Shown: piece after piece, positions 23,501 to 35,325 of the stretch | How the letters are laid out: every line of letters begins with the position of its first letter | Numbering within the stretch: position 1 is the stretch's first letter | The notes under the pieces: model-generated | What the model was told of the DNA's origin: nothing | Databases searched by the model: none | The model's input: the letters and a program-made list of their open reading frames with translations, nothing else | Assembly: GCA_000004695.1 (NCBI GenBank) | Contig: CM000151.3 | Coordinates: forward strand, 7,392,001 to 7,456,000 | Length of the DNA: 64,000 bases | From: Dictyostelium discoideum | Lineage: Eukaryota | Direction: 5' to 3' | Position numbers and translations under genes: made by a program

Positions 23501-24650
23501 AGTATTAAATTATCGTCAACATCTTTTAAATAATTGTTTCAATACTACTTATACTCGTCGAAATAAAGATCCTCCTAATAGTAATAACAACCCCAACAAC
23601 AACAACCTCAATAATAATGTTAGTATTTTTACTAAATTTCAATCACATATTGAAGTTTTTGTTTGTTCATTAGGATCCTCATTGCTTGGTGAAAAACTAC
23701 AAGTTGCATCTCAGCTATGGTCAGCTGGTATAAAAGCTGACTATTCTCAAACTGATTACTATTCTTCAGAAGATATCTATTCAAATTGTCGTGAAAATGG
23801 TATACCCTGGGTTGTAATATTAAGAGAAAAAGCCTTTCAAATTGGTAAATTAAAAGTTAAACAAATTGAAACAAGACAAGAAAGAACAGTTGCAAGAAAA
23901 GATTTAGTTGATTTTTTTTTAAAATCTAGAAAACATAACGTTGATTCAAAAAATATAATTCAAAATACAAGTAGCAGTGATTTATCAAATTTAATTGGTG
24001 GTATCAATAATTCTGGTAGTGGTGGTAGTGGTGGTAGTGGTGGTGGTAGTAGTATGAGTAGTGGTGGTGGTGGTGGTGGTAATAGTAATATTGGAGGAAG
24101 TGATCATCACCATCATGGTCATCATAGTAATCAATCAACATCGAGTAGTGGTAATTCCAATAATAGTAATACACAACAAACATCTCCAATTCAACATCAT
24201 GTTCACTTTAGTAATACAAAAAGTATAATTGGCTCAAGTGGGATTATTAGCAACGCAACATTTAGTGGAGGTAGCAGTAGTAGTAGTAATATTATTCACT
24301 TTGATGAACCGACAGATTCATTTAGTACTCAAATAGTTTATCAAGGTGTTGAAGAAATAAAGAAATCTAAAATCGAAACATTGGTTCAAACTTCACTTTC
24401 AAAATTATTCAGAGGATTCATTCAATCAAAGTCTTCAACTATTCGTGTTATTGTAACAGATTTAGCTTATTCTGTGATTAGAGATTTACAAATTTCAGAA
24501 TCTCATGATAATATATCAAAGTTCCAGCGTGTAAGCAAAGAAAAACTCTTACAACTTAAAAATCAAATCTTTAAATGGAAAGTTTACCCATTCATTGTCA
24601 TTCATTCAATTAAAGATGATAAATCAGTTATATTTAATAGTGTTGTTTAA
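20574..24650 (+). CDS. GCN2-type eIF2-alpha kinase (ifk family). The kinase domain has a large acidic/Asn-rich insert, followed by a HisRS-like regulatory domain. The ORF begins inside kinase subdomain I.
   Basis: The kinase motifs are [36 protein letters not shown], DFGLA and PFYCCPE. The C-terminal HisRS-like region includes ...[23 protein letters not shown]... and ...[10 protein letters not shown].... There is no RWD or pseudokinase domain. The frame opens only at 20535 after an in-frame TAG. Its start codon overlaps the FNIP gene on the opposite strand. Confidence 0.8.
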   Translation: [1358 protein letters not shown]

Positions 24651-25051
24651 ATAAAGTTATAAAAAATATTTCATCATTTTACAATTTTTTTTTTTTTTTT
24701 TTTTTCCACCATCTTACAATTAAAAACTTGTGGCATTTGGAAATCTCAAACTGTTGGGTACATTAGAATCAAAAAAAAGCCAAATAAAAATATAAAATAA
24801 AAAAATAAAAATGCATTGTAAAAATTTAGTTTTTTTTTTTTTTTTGAGCGTCTCCAAACAATTAAACGATAATAAATTTATCAATTCCTTGATTGTTAGA
24901 ACTAAATTTTTATAATGCATTGGTATTTTTTTTGAATTTTTAATTTATTTTATTTTTTTATTTTTTTATTTTATTTTTTTATTTTTTTATTTTATTTTTT
25001 TATTTTTTTTTATTTTATTTGTAAAAAAAAACTAAATTTTTATAATGCATT

Positions 25052-25729
25052 TTATAAATCAATAATTATTTCTTCGTTATTTCTCATTTTCCTATCATAG
25101 CATTGCATTATTGTTAATGATTCTATTGAATTTTTTAATGAGTTATTAAAGGGATACCCAAATTTTATATTTTTAACACAAGATGGAATTTCACCAAAAT
25201 TAATCACTTGATTAAAACAATTAAATTCTAAAGTATGAATTGATGATGGAAATGATTCTATTGATAATGGTCTATTAAATGAATCAAATATTAAATTTGT
25301 AACTGATGATGGAATTATATTATTTTTTCTAATAGATTGATTAAAATTATTTCCAAATTTTAGTGTACTAATTGATGATGGTATTTGATTCTCTCTAATT
25401 TGTTGATTAAATTTTCCAACAAGTTCTAAAGTTGTAATTGAATTTGGTATTTTATTAAAATATAATTTTAATGGATCATTAAAACATATTATTAAATGTT
25501 TAATAAATTCTTTTTTTTCAAATTTAATAAAATCTTGACAATTATAAAATACTTTTTTAAAAGATTCTTGATAAATTTTTAAATAATTTAAAATTTTAAA
25601 TTTTAAATAATTATTTTTCCAAATTAAAAAAAAAAATTTATCATTAAATTTAAAATTTTCTTTTAATTCTTCATTTAATTCTTCATTTATTTCAATGATT
25701 TTAAATAAAATACTATAAATTTTAATCAT
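25052..25729 (-). CDS. FNIP-repeat protein fragment (5' portion of an FNIP gene) ending ...SIESLTIMQCYDRKMRNNEEIIIDL*
   Basis: FNIP units include IPNSITTLELVGKFNQQI, IPSSISTLKFGNNFNQSI and IPSSVTNLIFDSFNRPL. The C-terminal codons lie in the 46-bp repeat shared with 20521-20566. Confidence 0.65.
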   Translation of the reverse strand: MIKIYSILFKIIEINEELNEELKENFKFNDKFFFLIWKNNYLKFKILNYLKIYQESFKKVFYNCQDFIKFEKKEFIKHLIICFNDPLKLYFNKIPNSITTLELVGKFNQQIRENQIPSSISTLKFGNNFNQSIRKNNIIPSSVTNLIFDSFNRPLSIESFPSSIHTLEFNCFNQVINFGEIPSCVKNIKFGYPFNNSLKNSIESLTIMQCYDRKMRNNEEIIIDL

Positions 25730-26010
25730 ATTTTATATATATAAATATTTAAAAAAAAATTAAAAAAAAATTAAAAAAAAAATGAAACTGGTCCCACTTT
25801 CATGATATTTTTTATAAAAAATAAAAAAAATAAAAAAAAAAAAAAGAAAATATTATTTAATTTTAAAATTTATTTATTTTTTTTTTTAAAAAAAGATATT
25901 TTTGTTTTGTTTTTTTTTTTTTTTTGATTTTTTTTTTTTTTTTTTTTTTTTTCATAAGAAGATTATTATTTATAATTTTAAAAATTTAATAATTATTTTT
26001 TTTTTTTTTT

Positions 26011-27700
26011 TTAAAAACCATTGAGATCGTTTACGTCGAAACCTCCGTCAGCGAAACCAATTTCAACACCATCATAAAAACCATCACCCAAATTATCATT
26101 GTTTTCTTGATGTAAATTGTTTGATGGAATATTATTATGTGGTCTTTGACCCCTTTGGGCTTCATAAGCATCAATTGCAGCTTCAACACTTGCTTGATTG
26201 TAACCTAAATCTGAGAGATCATCACCCCATCTACCTGTTGGTGGTCTAACGTATACACAATGGAGTTCACCACGTCTTGAAACGCATTCATGGTTTTCTG
26301 GGCAACCAACTTGTTTACAAGTTAATTTTGGACAATCTGGAACACAGAAAACTTGACCTTTTCTATTGCATTCACAATGGTGTTTTCTTGGACAACGTAC
26401 TTGATCACAGGTGGTCTTTGGAATACAATAGATCTTACCACGTACACAGATACATTTCTCACCTCTAGCGCAACTATCTGGACGACAACCATGGTGTGGT
26501 GGTTTTGGTCTATGAGTTGGTTCTTCGTTTCTTACACATCTAGCAACATTTTCCCAATGATTACATTCACAATGGTAACCTCTTGGACATCTAACATTAT
26601 CGCATGATGCTCTTGGTGGTTGTGTTGGTGGATAAGTTGGTGGATAAGTTGGTGGATAAGTTGGTGGTTGAGTTGGTGGTTGAGTTGGTGGATAAGTTGG
26701 TGATTGAGTTGGTGGATGAGTTGGTGGAACTGTAGTATCACAAACACATGTTCTACGATTATTTACAATTTCACAATGGAAACCTTCTGGGCATTCTAAA
26801 GTTGAACAATCTATTATTTTTTTTAAAAAAAAAAAAAAAAAGAAATTAACAAATGAGTTTTTAATTTTATGGATTTTATATAATTTAAAATAATACTTTA
26901 CCTTGTACTGGTGGTTGAGTTGGTGGTTGTGTTGGTGGATAAGTTGGTGGATAAGTTGGTGGATGAGTTGGTGGATAAGTTGGTGGATAAGTTGGTGGAT
27001 AAGTTGGTGGATAAGTTGGTGGATAAGTTGGTGGTTGTGTTGGTGGTTGTGTTGGTGGTTGTGTTGGTGGATAAGTTGGTGGTTGTGTTGGTGGTTGAGT
27101 TGGTGATTGTGTAATGATTGGACGAATGTTACAATTGATATCAACAATAGTGTAACCATAAATTAACCAAACAGAGATACCATTATCACCATTTTTACCA
27201 TTTGCACCATAACCGAGTTGTAATGGCATACCACCTTCAGCACCGGAAAAGACGACATTTTGAGGGTCACAACCAAAACCAGTCCATTTACCTTGAACAA
27301 AAGTATAATATTTCCAAGTGGCTGGGTCAATTGGTCCATGTGGAACGTATGCACTTTCTCTTAGCTCTTTCTTTGGCATAACATTACCAGATTTATCTTT
27401 CTTGAATACTAAATCAACATTGTATCTGTGGCAATCACCCATATTAACAGTTGGATAAATTTTACCTGTGATATGCATTTCATCACCATTAATTTCCATT
27501 ATACCAGAATTATCTTGGAAATTCCAATCATGGAAACCATAGAAAACTGGTAAAGACGCATTTTGAACCCAGAAATCATGTGTTCCTGTTTTATCATCGG
27601 TTAAATATGGATCATTATAAGCCGGTGACAATTGGTATTTTTGTGCATAGGTACCTGCTAAACAGAGGAATCCTATTAAAAGAACACTTAATAGTCTCAT
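26011..27700 (-). CDS. Spore-coat protein family member (cotB/cotC-like): signal peptide, Dicty_spore_N-like domain, TQPPTYPPT proline-rich repeats, Cys-rich CPxGxHCEC repeats; complement(join(26011..26810,26902..27700))
   Basis: It starts MRLLSVLLIGFLCLAGTYAQ (signal peptide). Two overlapping minus ORFs in different frames are joined by a 91-nt GTAAAG..atAG intron. Repeats read (T/Y)(Q/Y)PPT. The Cys repeats CPEGFHCE, CPRGYHCEC, CPRKHHCEC and CPENHEC match those in the 57284 gene. CAE-like GT/CA-rich promoter elements lie upstream. Confidence 0.6.
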
Positions 27701-27739
27701 TCTTTTATAATTTATTATTACAATTCTAAAAATAGATTA

Positions 27740-27770
<31 letters not shown>

Positions 27771-27877
27771 TTATTTATTTCAAATTTATAATAAATTAGT
27801 ATTTAATTTAATTTTTATTTATATTTTATTAATATATCATTTTATTATTTTTTATTTAAAATCTATCCCTAAATAAA

Positions 27878-27916
<39 letters not shown>

Positions 27917-28289
27917 ATTTTTTTTTTTTTTTAAAAGATATTTACCAATGTACTATTACTTATTTTTATATTTTTATTATTATAATTTATTATTTAAATA
28001 TATTTATCAATTAACTTTATTTTTTATTATTATTATTATTATTATTATTTTTTTTTATAAAAATTATTGTATAATTGTAATAGTATTTAATTTTATATGT
28101 AATGTTACTATTTGATTAACTATTTGAATTGTTAGATTTAATGAATGTTTTTTTTATTTCAAATTAAATAATAGCTAATTGATTTAATTTTTTTTAATAT
28201 GAAAAAATAATTAATAAATAAATAAATAAAAAATTAAATAATATTTTTGACTACAAATTTTAATGTTTTTTTATTATTGAAAAAAAGAA

Positions 28290-28650
28290 AAAAATGTAGT
28301 GGGTATTTGTCAATGTTATTCCATATTAATTTTATAGCTATAGTGTGGTAAATGTGTGTGTTTTTTATTTGTGTGAAAATGTGAGTGGGTTTATGAAAAA
28401 TATTATTATTATAGCTGTTATTGATAAATTTTTTTAATTGTTTTTTTTTTTTTTTTTTTTTTTTTATTAAATATGTGAAATCAAAAAAATAATAATAAAA
28501 TGGCACATATACTCACACATTTAAAAATACTATAACCACACAACTTTCTCATAAGAGAGTTAAAGTTTTTTAGTGGGAAAAGTAATTAAATTGAATTTTT
28601 TGTAAATATATAATCAAATTGTTAGTTTTTCATTGGGGTTGTGTGTATGG
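28290..28650. promoter_or_regulatory. Cluster of GT/CA-rich elements (CAE / G-box-like) upstream of the 27700 spore-coat-family gene
   Basis: 'gtgtggtaaatgtgtgtgtttt', 'gtgtgaaaatgtgagtgggttt', 'actcacacattt', 'accacacaac' and 'ggggttgtgtgtatgggg' are embedded in otherwise AT-rich DNA 600-950 bp upstream of the ATG. This is the element class bound by GBF in prespore promoters. Confidence 0.5.
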
Positions 28651-30818
28651 GGAAAAAAAAAAAAAAAATGAAAAAAATAAAAAAAAAAATAAAAAATAAA
28701 TATTTTGTAAGTACTAAATTTAGTATGAGAAAAACAAAAACAAGTAATATGTAAAAAAAATCAATGGATTATTGCTCATGAAAACAAATATATTTAATTA
28801 TTATTAAATTAAAATTTGTATTGAAAAAAAAAAATTGGGTAGAGGGGTTATTCTGAATATGAATTTTCAAAAAAAAAAAAAACAAAGTGTGTTTATACAC
28901 TTTTTAAATGAATTATAATGAAATTAAAATATAATGTTGTTGTAAAATTTTGTAAATAGTCAATTGATTATACCTTAATTTTTTTTTTTTTTTTTTTTTT
29001 TTTTTGTATATCAATATTTTCTACTTTTAGAATTTTCATTAAATATAATAATTTACTCTATATCATTCAAAATATAATAACATTAATGTTTTTAAAAAGT
29101 TATTGAAATTTACATTTTATTATAAAATAAAATAAAATAAAATAATAAAAATAATAATTATTTATTATCTTTTTTTATTAATCAAATAAAAAGTCTTTCA
29201 TAAAAATAAAAAAAAAAAAATAAAAAAAAAAAATTAAAAAAAAAAAAATTAAATAAATTAAAGATTAAAAAAAAAAAATGAATGTCCTATGTTCATCATT
29301 TTTTTTTATCTTTTTTTAGGAATCATTCAAAAAAAAAAAAAATTGTTGATTGAGATCATAACCATTTATTTTCTTCTCTTATTTTTGAACATTTTAAATT
29401 TTCCTTTTTTTTTAATGTTTTTTTTATTAATTTCCAAGATAAAAGTTTGTTTTTTAAAATTTTAATGAAAGTTTTTTGTGTGACCTTGTGGGATATTTAT
29501 ATCGTAATTTAATAATCTGTAGAAATTTTTGTGGTTAAAATTAATTTAATTTTTAAAAATAAAAATAATTAAAAAAAAAATCAAAAAAAAAAAAAAACAA
29601 TTATAATTTAAATTAAAAAAAAAATTTGGTTTTTTTTTTTTTTATTTCATTTTTTTTTTTTTTTTTTTTTTTTGTGGTTTTTAATATTGGACTAATAAAA
29701 ACTAAAATAATTAATATAATAAATTAACTTATCAAAAACATTTTATTTTTCTATTTATTTTTTCTATTTTTTTTTATTTTTTTTATTTTTTTATTTTTTT
29801 GATTTCTAAAAATAATTTCAAATCATACGAATCGATCGGATGAAAAAAAATAAAATAAAGAAAAAAAATCAAAAATAAAATATTAGTTTTTTTTTATTTT
29901 TTTTTTAATTTTTATTTTTTTTTTTGAAAAAAAACCAAAAATAAAAAAAAAAAAAATAAAAAAATATAAAAAAAGGTTCCACTGGCTTATAAAAGGATAT
30001 TTTTGCTGAAAAAAAAAAAATAAAAATAAAAATAAACAGTAATAATAAGAAAATAATAAAAAATTTGTATGTAATAATAAAATAATAATTTAAAAAAAAA
30101 AAAAAAAAAAGAATTTTCAAAAGAAAGATTATTTTTAGGAAAAGGAATTATATAAAGGTAATACATATTATTATGTTCTTATAATCATGATAATTTTTAT
30201 GATAATATTACTATTAATAATAAAAACAAAGTAATAGTTATCATTATCTTCACAACCCCTCACATTCAGTCATATTTCCTTTAAATTTATACAAATGATA
30301 AATAAAATTATTTTCATTTTACATATAAAAATGATTTTTTTAAAATAAGCACATTCTACACCACATAATAATAATAATAATAATAATAATATCAACACAA
30401 TCACCACACCCCACGTTGTTTTTTTTTTTTAGTGTCAAAAATTGGTGGTTATTTATATCACACCTACTTGTGATATAAAACAATATTGACAAAAGCAAAA
30501 AAATCAATTAATAACAAGCTCGACTATTATTTTATTAATACCAACAGTATCAAAATCATATATTTTTATACATTAAAATACTACATACATTCATAAATAC
30601 ATACATACATACATACATAAATACATACATACATACATAATACACAGATACACATAAACAAGAAGAAAAAAAAAAAAGTAAAGCTTAATAAAAATATATT
30701 TTTAATTTTTATTGTTGTTAGAGTCACAACTATATATATATATATTTTATTCATTGATTGATTGATTTTGATGGGGTGGTTTTTTTTTTTTTTTTATTTT
30801 ATTTTTTTTATTTTTATT

Positions 30819-30857
<39 letters not shown>

Positions 30858-31211
30858 TTTATTATGTAACAAATAATAATAATAACAATAATAATAATAA
30901 TAACATAATAATAGTAATAATAATAATAACAATAATAATAGTAATTATTTTTTTTTTTTTACTCCCACACACTCATATATAAATAATAATTATCAATCCT
31001 TTAATAAATATCAATAATTTTATACTAAAATAAAATAAAATAAAATAAAAATAAAATAAAATAAAATAAAATAAAATAAAATAAAATAAAATAAAATAAA
31101 AATAAAATAAAATAAAAATAAAATAAAATAAAATTAATAGAAACAATAAAATAAAATAACTATTTCTTTTTAATTATATTATAATTTTTTAAAAAATAAA
31201 AAAATAAAAAT

Positions 31212-31243
<32 letters not shown>

Positions 31244-31495
31244 GATAACTTTATTTTTTTATGTTTATTATTTATTTAATTCCCAATACTTGACAATTCT
31301 TTTGGTTTCTTTTTTTTTTTTTTTTTTTTCCTACCCCGACTTTTTTTTTTTTTTTTTTTTTTTTTTCTCAATTATTCTATTTTTAGATTTTCTATAAATA
31401 GAATAAAAGAAAAAAAAAAAAAAAAAGGAAAAATATAATAAAAATCAAAAATTGCATACTTATTTAAATCTATTATCTCATTTATAGTATCAGAA

Positions 31496-33547
31496 ATGAG
31501 AAGAGTAAAGAGTTTTTGGAGAAAAGATACAAAATCAAATTTAAAATACTCAAAAAACAGTGAAGGAAAATCATCAAATCATCATCACCACCATCATCAC
31601 CATAAAATATTTAATACATGTTTAGATCCAAACAATCCAATAATACCAACAATAGTTGTACAAACAATCGAATACATAGAGAAATATGCAATCAATGAAA
31701 ATGGTTTATTTAGATTATTTGGTAATCCTACTGATGTAAATTCTTTAAAAGTAGCTTATGAAAAATGTAATTAAATTAATAATTAATAATTAATTATTAT
31801 TATTATACTAATATTTTTAATAAATTTTAAATTTTAATAATAATAGATGAAACAATTGATTTATCAAAAGTATCGAACCCACATGTTGTAACATCAGTAT
31901 TAAAATCATATTTAAGAGAATTACCAGAACCATTATTTACATTTAATTCATATGAAGCATTGATAGTATCACATGGTATATCAGATGCAGATATGAGATT
32001 AACAATGATTAAATCGATAATTCAAAAGATAGTACCACATCATTTAGTAGTGTTGGAATATTTATTTGCATTTTTAGCAAGAGTTGCAAAATCATCAATC
32101 AATGGTAACAATATGGATAGTTCAAATTTAGCAATAATTTTCGCACCAACTTTATTGAAATCAAAATCTGAAACACCTGAAAAACTAATTGCAGATTCAC
32201 CACGTTCAACGAGTATCATCAAGATTATCATTGATAACTATTCGGAAATATTTGAAAAGGATCCAATCACTGGTCAATTTGTAACTGTTAAACCATTGAA
32301 ACCATACTTTGAACAAGATTATTTATTATCTTCAAAATATGAAACTATTAATTTAGATAAAGAAATCGCTGAAATCTTTGAAGAAGAAGAAAGTTTATTA
32401 TCATCATCATCATCATTATTAGCAATTTCAACTACAATTACTGATTCAATTGATAATAATAATAATAATAATGCTAATGCTAATGCTAACAATGCTAATG
32501 GTATTAATAATAGTGGTACCACTAGTAATAAAAATAGTCGTCCAACAGTATTTCAAGTATTTAATCAATCATTATCATCATCTTCATTATTATCACCAGC
32601 AGCAGGTGTTGTATCATATAAGGGTTCAAGATTGTCAGTTATTTCAAATGATTCATCAGCATCATCACCAGATTTATCACATGATGTTTCAATTGATGAT
32701 GATGAGGAGGAAGAATTAAAGAAACCACCTGGTTTCATCTCATCATCACCAAACCATCAAATTTATAGTGACGACGATGATGATGACGATTATTATGATG
32801 ACGATGATGACGATGAAGAACGTCATAATATTTCAAATGGTCAAGATAATGAAATTGAATTTAAGATTCAAGTTATTAAAGAATTAATTGATAAAACTAT
32901 ATTAGATCTTCAAAAGGAATTCATTCAATTAGAAAAAGATTTACAAGATAATTTATCATTTCAAGAGATTGTGCTCGTTGCAAGTTCATTAAAAAGTATT
33001 ATGAAAATTTTAATTGACGGTCCAGATGTTGATTCTGAAGTAATCTCTTCATTTGAATTTGAATTACCAAATACTGATAATTCCAATAATAATAGTAATA
33101 ATAATAATTCCAATAATAATAGTGGTGACCCACAACAAATTAAAAGATTAGAAATTTTAAAGAAAGCAATACTTCAAAAGATTAATGAATCAATTCCATC
33201 ATTATTATTACAATTAAAAGATGAATCTTCAAGTTTAACTCAAAGTGACGATATTGGTAAAGATATTTGTTTAGTTGATTTAATTACAATTATGAGAACT
33301 TTAAGATGTGTTAATGATGTTTTAGATTTCTTCTTTAGTAAATGGAGTATAATTGCATCATTATCAAATAGTAATAATAATAATAATAACATAAAGAAAT
33401 CACAATCACCTTTAATGCCATCACCAAAATTAGTTTCAACAAGTGTAATATCAACTTCAACTTCAACCTCAAATAATGCTACAATATCAAATACAACTCA
33501 AGTACCACCACAAACTCAACCACAAAAACAACAACTACTACAAGTTC

Positions 33548-33603
<56 letters not shown>

Positions 33604-34656
33604 AAAGAACAAAAAGAACAACAACAACAACAACAAAAAGAACAACAACCAAAATTAGAAGAAGATTTTAAAATAACGATTCAATTAAAAGTTGAAGATT
33701 TAGTTCAACATATGTTTGATATTGATATGGTATTATATGAAGCAGAAGAAACATTAATGGGAATTTCATCAAAGAGTGAATTGATTTATCTTGCAAAAGT
33801 TGTACAAAATTTACAAAAAATCGTTAGATTACCAGTTAAAGCAAGTGCACAATTTGATGATTTACCACCACCAAAGATCAATACACTAAAGATAACACCA
33901 AAACATAAGTTAGCACCATTGGTTAGTGTAATCTATGTATTAATTAAAGAGATTAGAGATCAAATTGCACAATTTAGAGATAACTTTCAAAATCAATATG
34001 CTGATAGCACCACTAATAACACCAAAGAATTTGTATACTATAGACAAAGATTATTCGATATTTGGGATGTTTTATCGAAATTACCAGCTTTCAATTCCTA
34101 TAAAACAAGTTATCGTAATAGACAAGAAGTCTCTCAAAAGAATTGTCAATACATGCGTGAAACCATTGAATCTACACTCAAGAGGTTGGGTCCATTATTC
34201 TCACAACTTAAAAATGATGTCGTTGCTAATTCAACCGAGATCAGTTTAGATAATTTAATTGTAATCTCTAGATCTGTTACTAAAATTAAAAAATTATTTG
34301 AAGATTCTCAATTATATCAACGAACTAGTATTAAATTCTCACCTTTTCAATTAAGTAAAACTAGTTCAATCTCAATTTCAAATGATTGTTTTAATTTAAA
34401 TTCTTCAAATGGTAATATTAATACCAATACCACTGCCACCACCACCACTAATAGTCCACCTTCAAATTCAATGAATGATAAAATTTCAACTCTTAAAACT
34501 TTAACTGCTTCAATCATTGATCAGGTTATACTTAGATTCTCTCAAATTGAAAAAAATTTTAATGAAATCGATCAAGAATCTTATTTATTTGAAATTATTG
34601 ATGTATTAAAATCTGTTATTACAAATTTTAAAGAAATTAAAACATTAAATATTTAA
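31496..34656 (+). CDS. RhoGAP domain protein with Ser/Asn-rich and poly-Gln low-complexity regions; join(31496..31766,31847..34656)
   Basis: The RhoGAP motifs ...IPTIVVQTIEYIEKYAINENGLFRLFGN (Arg finger) and ...VLKSYLRELPEPLFTF...NLAIIFAPTLL are split by an 80-nt GTAATT..aatAG intron, phase 1. A poly-Q run lies at about 33540-33600. Confidence 0.75.
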
Positions 34657-34817
34657 ATAAATAAAATAAAATAAAATAAAATAAAATAAATAAAACTATA
34701 ATAATAAATAAATAAAATAAATATATATATATATATTTTTTTTTTTTGAATTGGAAAATAAATAAATAAATAATTTAATAAATAAATAATTTTTTATTAT
34801 TTTTTTTTAAAATTAAT

Positions 34818-34896
<79 letters not shown>

Positions 34897-35325
34897 TTAA
34901 TTTATTATTTATTTATTTTAATATAATAAAAAATTAATTAAAACAATACCTCGGTTAATTTATAAGCTTTTGATTTCCGTAAACATTTTTGCAGTATTCG
35001 TATTTTTAATTTAATTTTTTTTTATTTTTTAATTTTTTTTTTTTAATTAATTTTTTTTTTAGGTTTTTTTGAAAGCTTTTTAATGAATTTTTTTTTTTTT
35101 TTTCACTATAATTTTTTATTGTTTCACTTTGTGTACATAACACAATTTTTTTTATTTGTTAAGTTTTCTTTCTTTAAAGGAACTTTTCAATAATATTTTA
35201 TCAAAATTTTTTGATAAGTAAGAATAAAAAAAAAAAAAACAAAAAAAAAAAAAAAAAAATAACAAAATAAAAGTGACCCCCAAAGAAAAAAAAACTCTTG
35301 GATTAAAAATTAAATAACTTCAAAA

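Noticed and set aside
26903-27114. Plus-strand ORFs with WW(L/I)SWW and LVDKLVDK periodicity
   Set aside because: They are antisense readings of the PPT(Q/Y)PPT repeat array of the minus-strand spore-coat-family gene. The same applies to 26353..26607 and 26532..26747.
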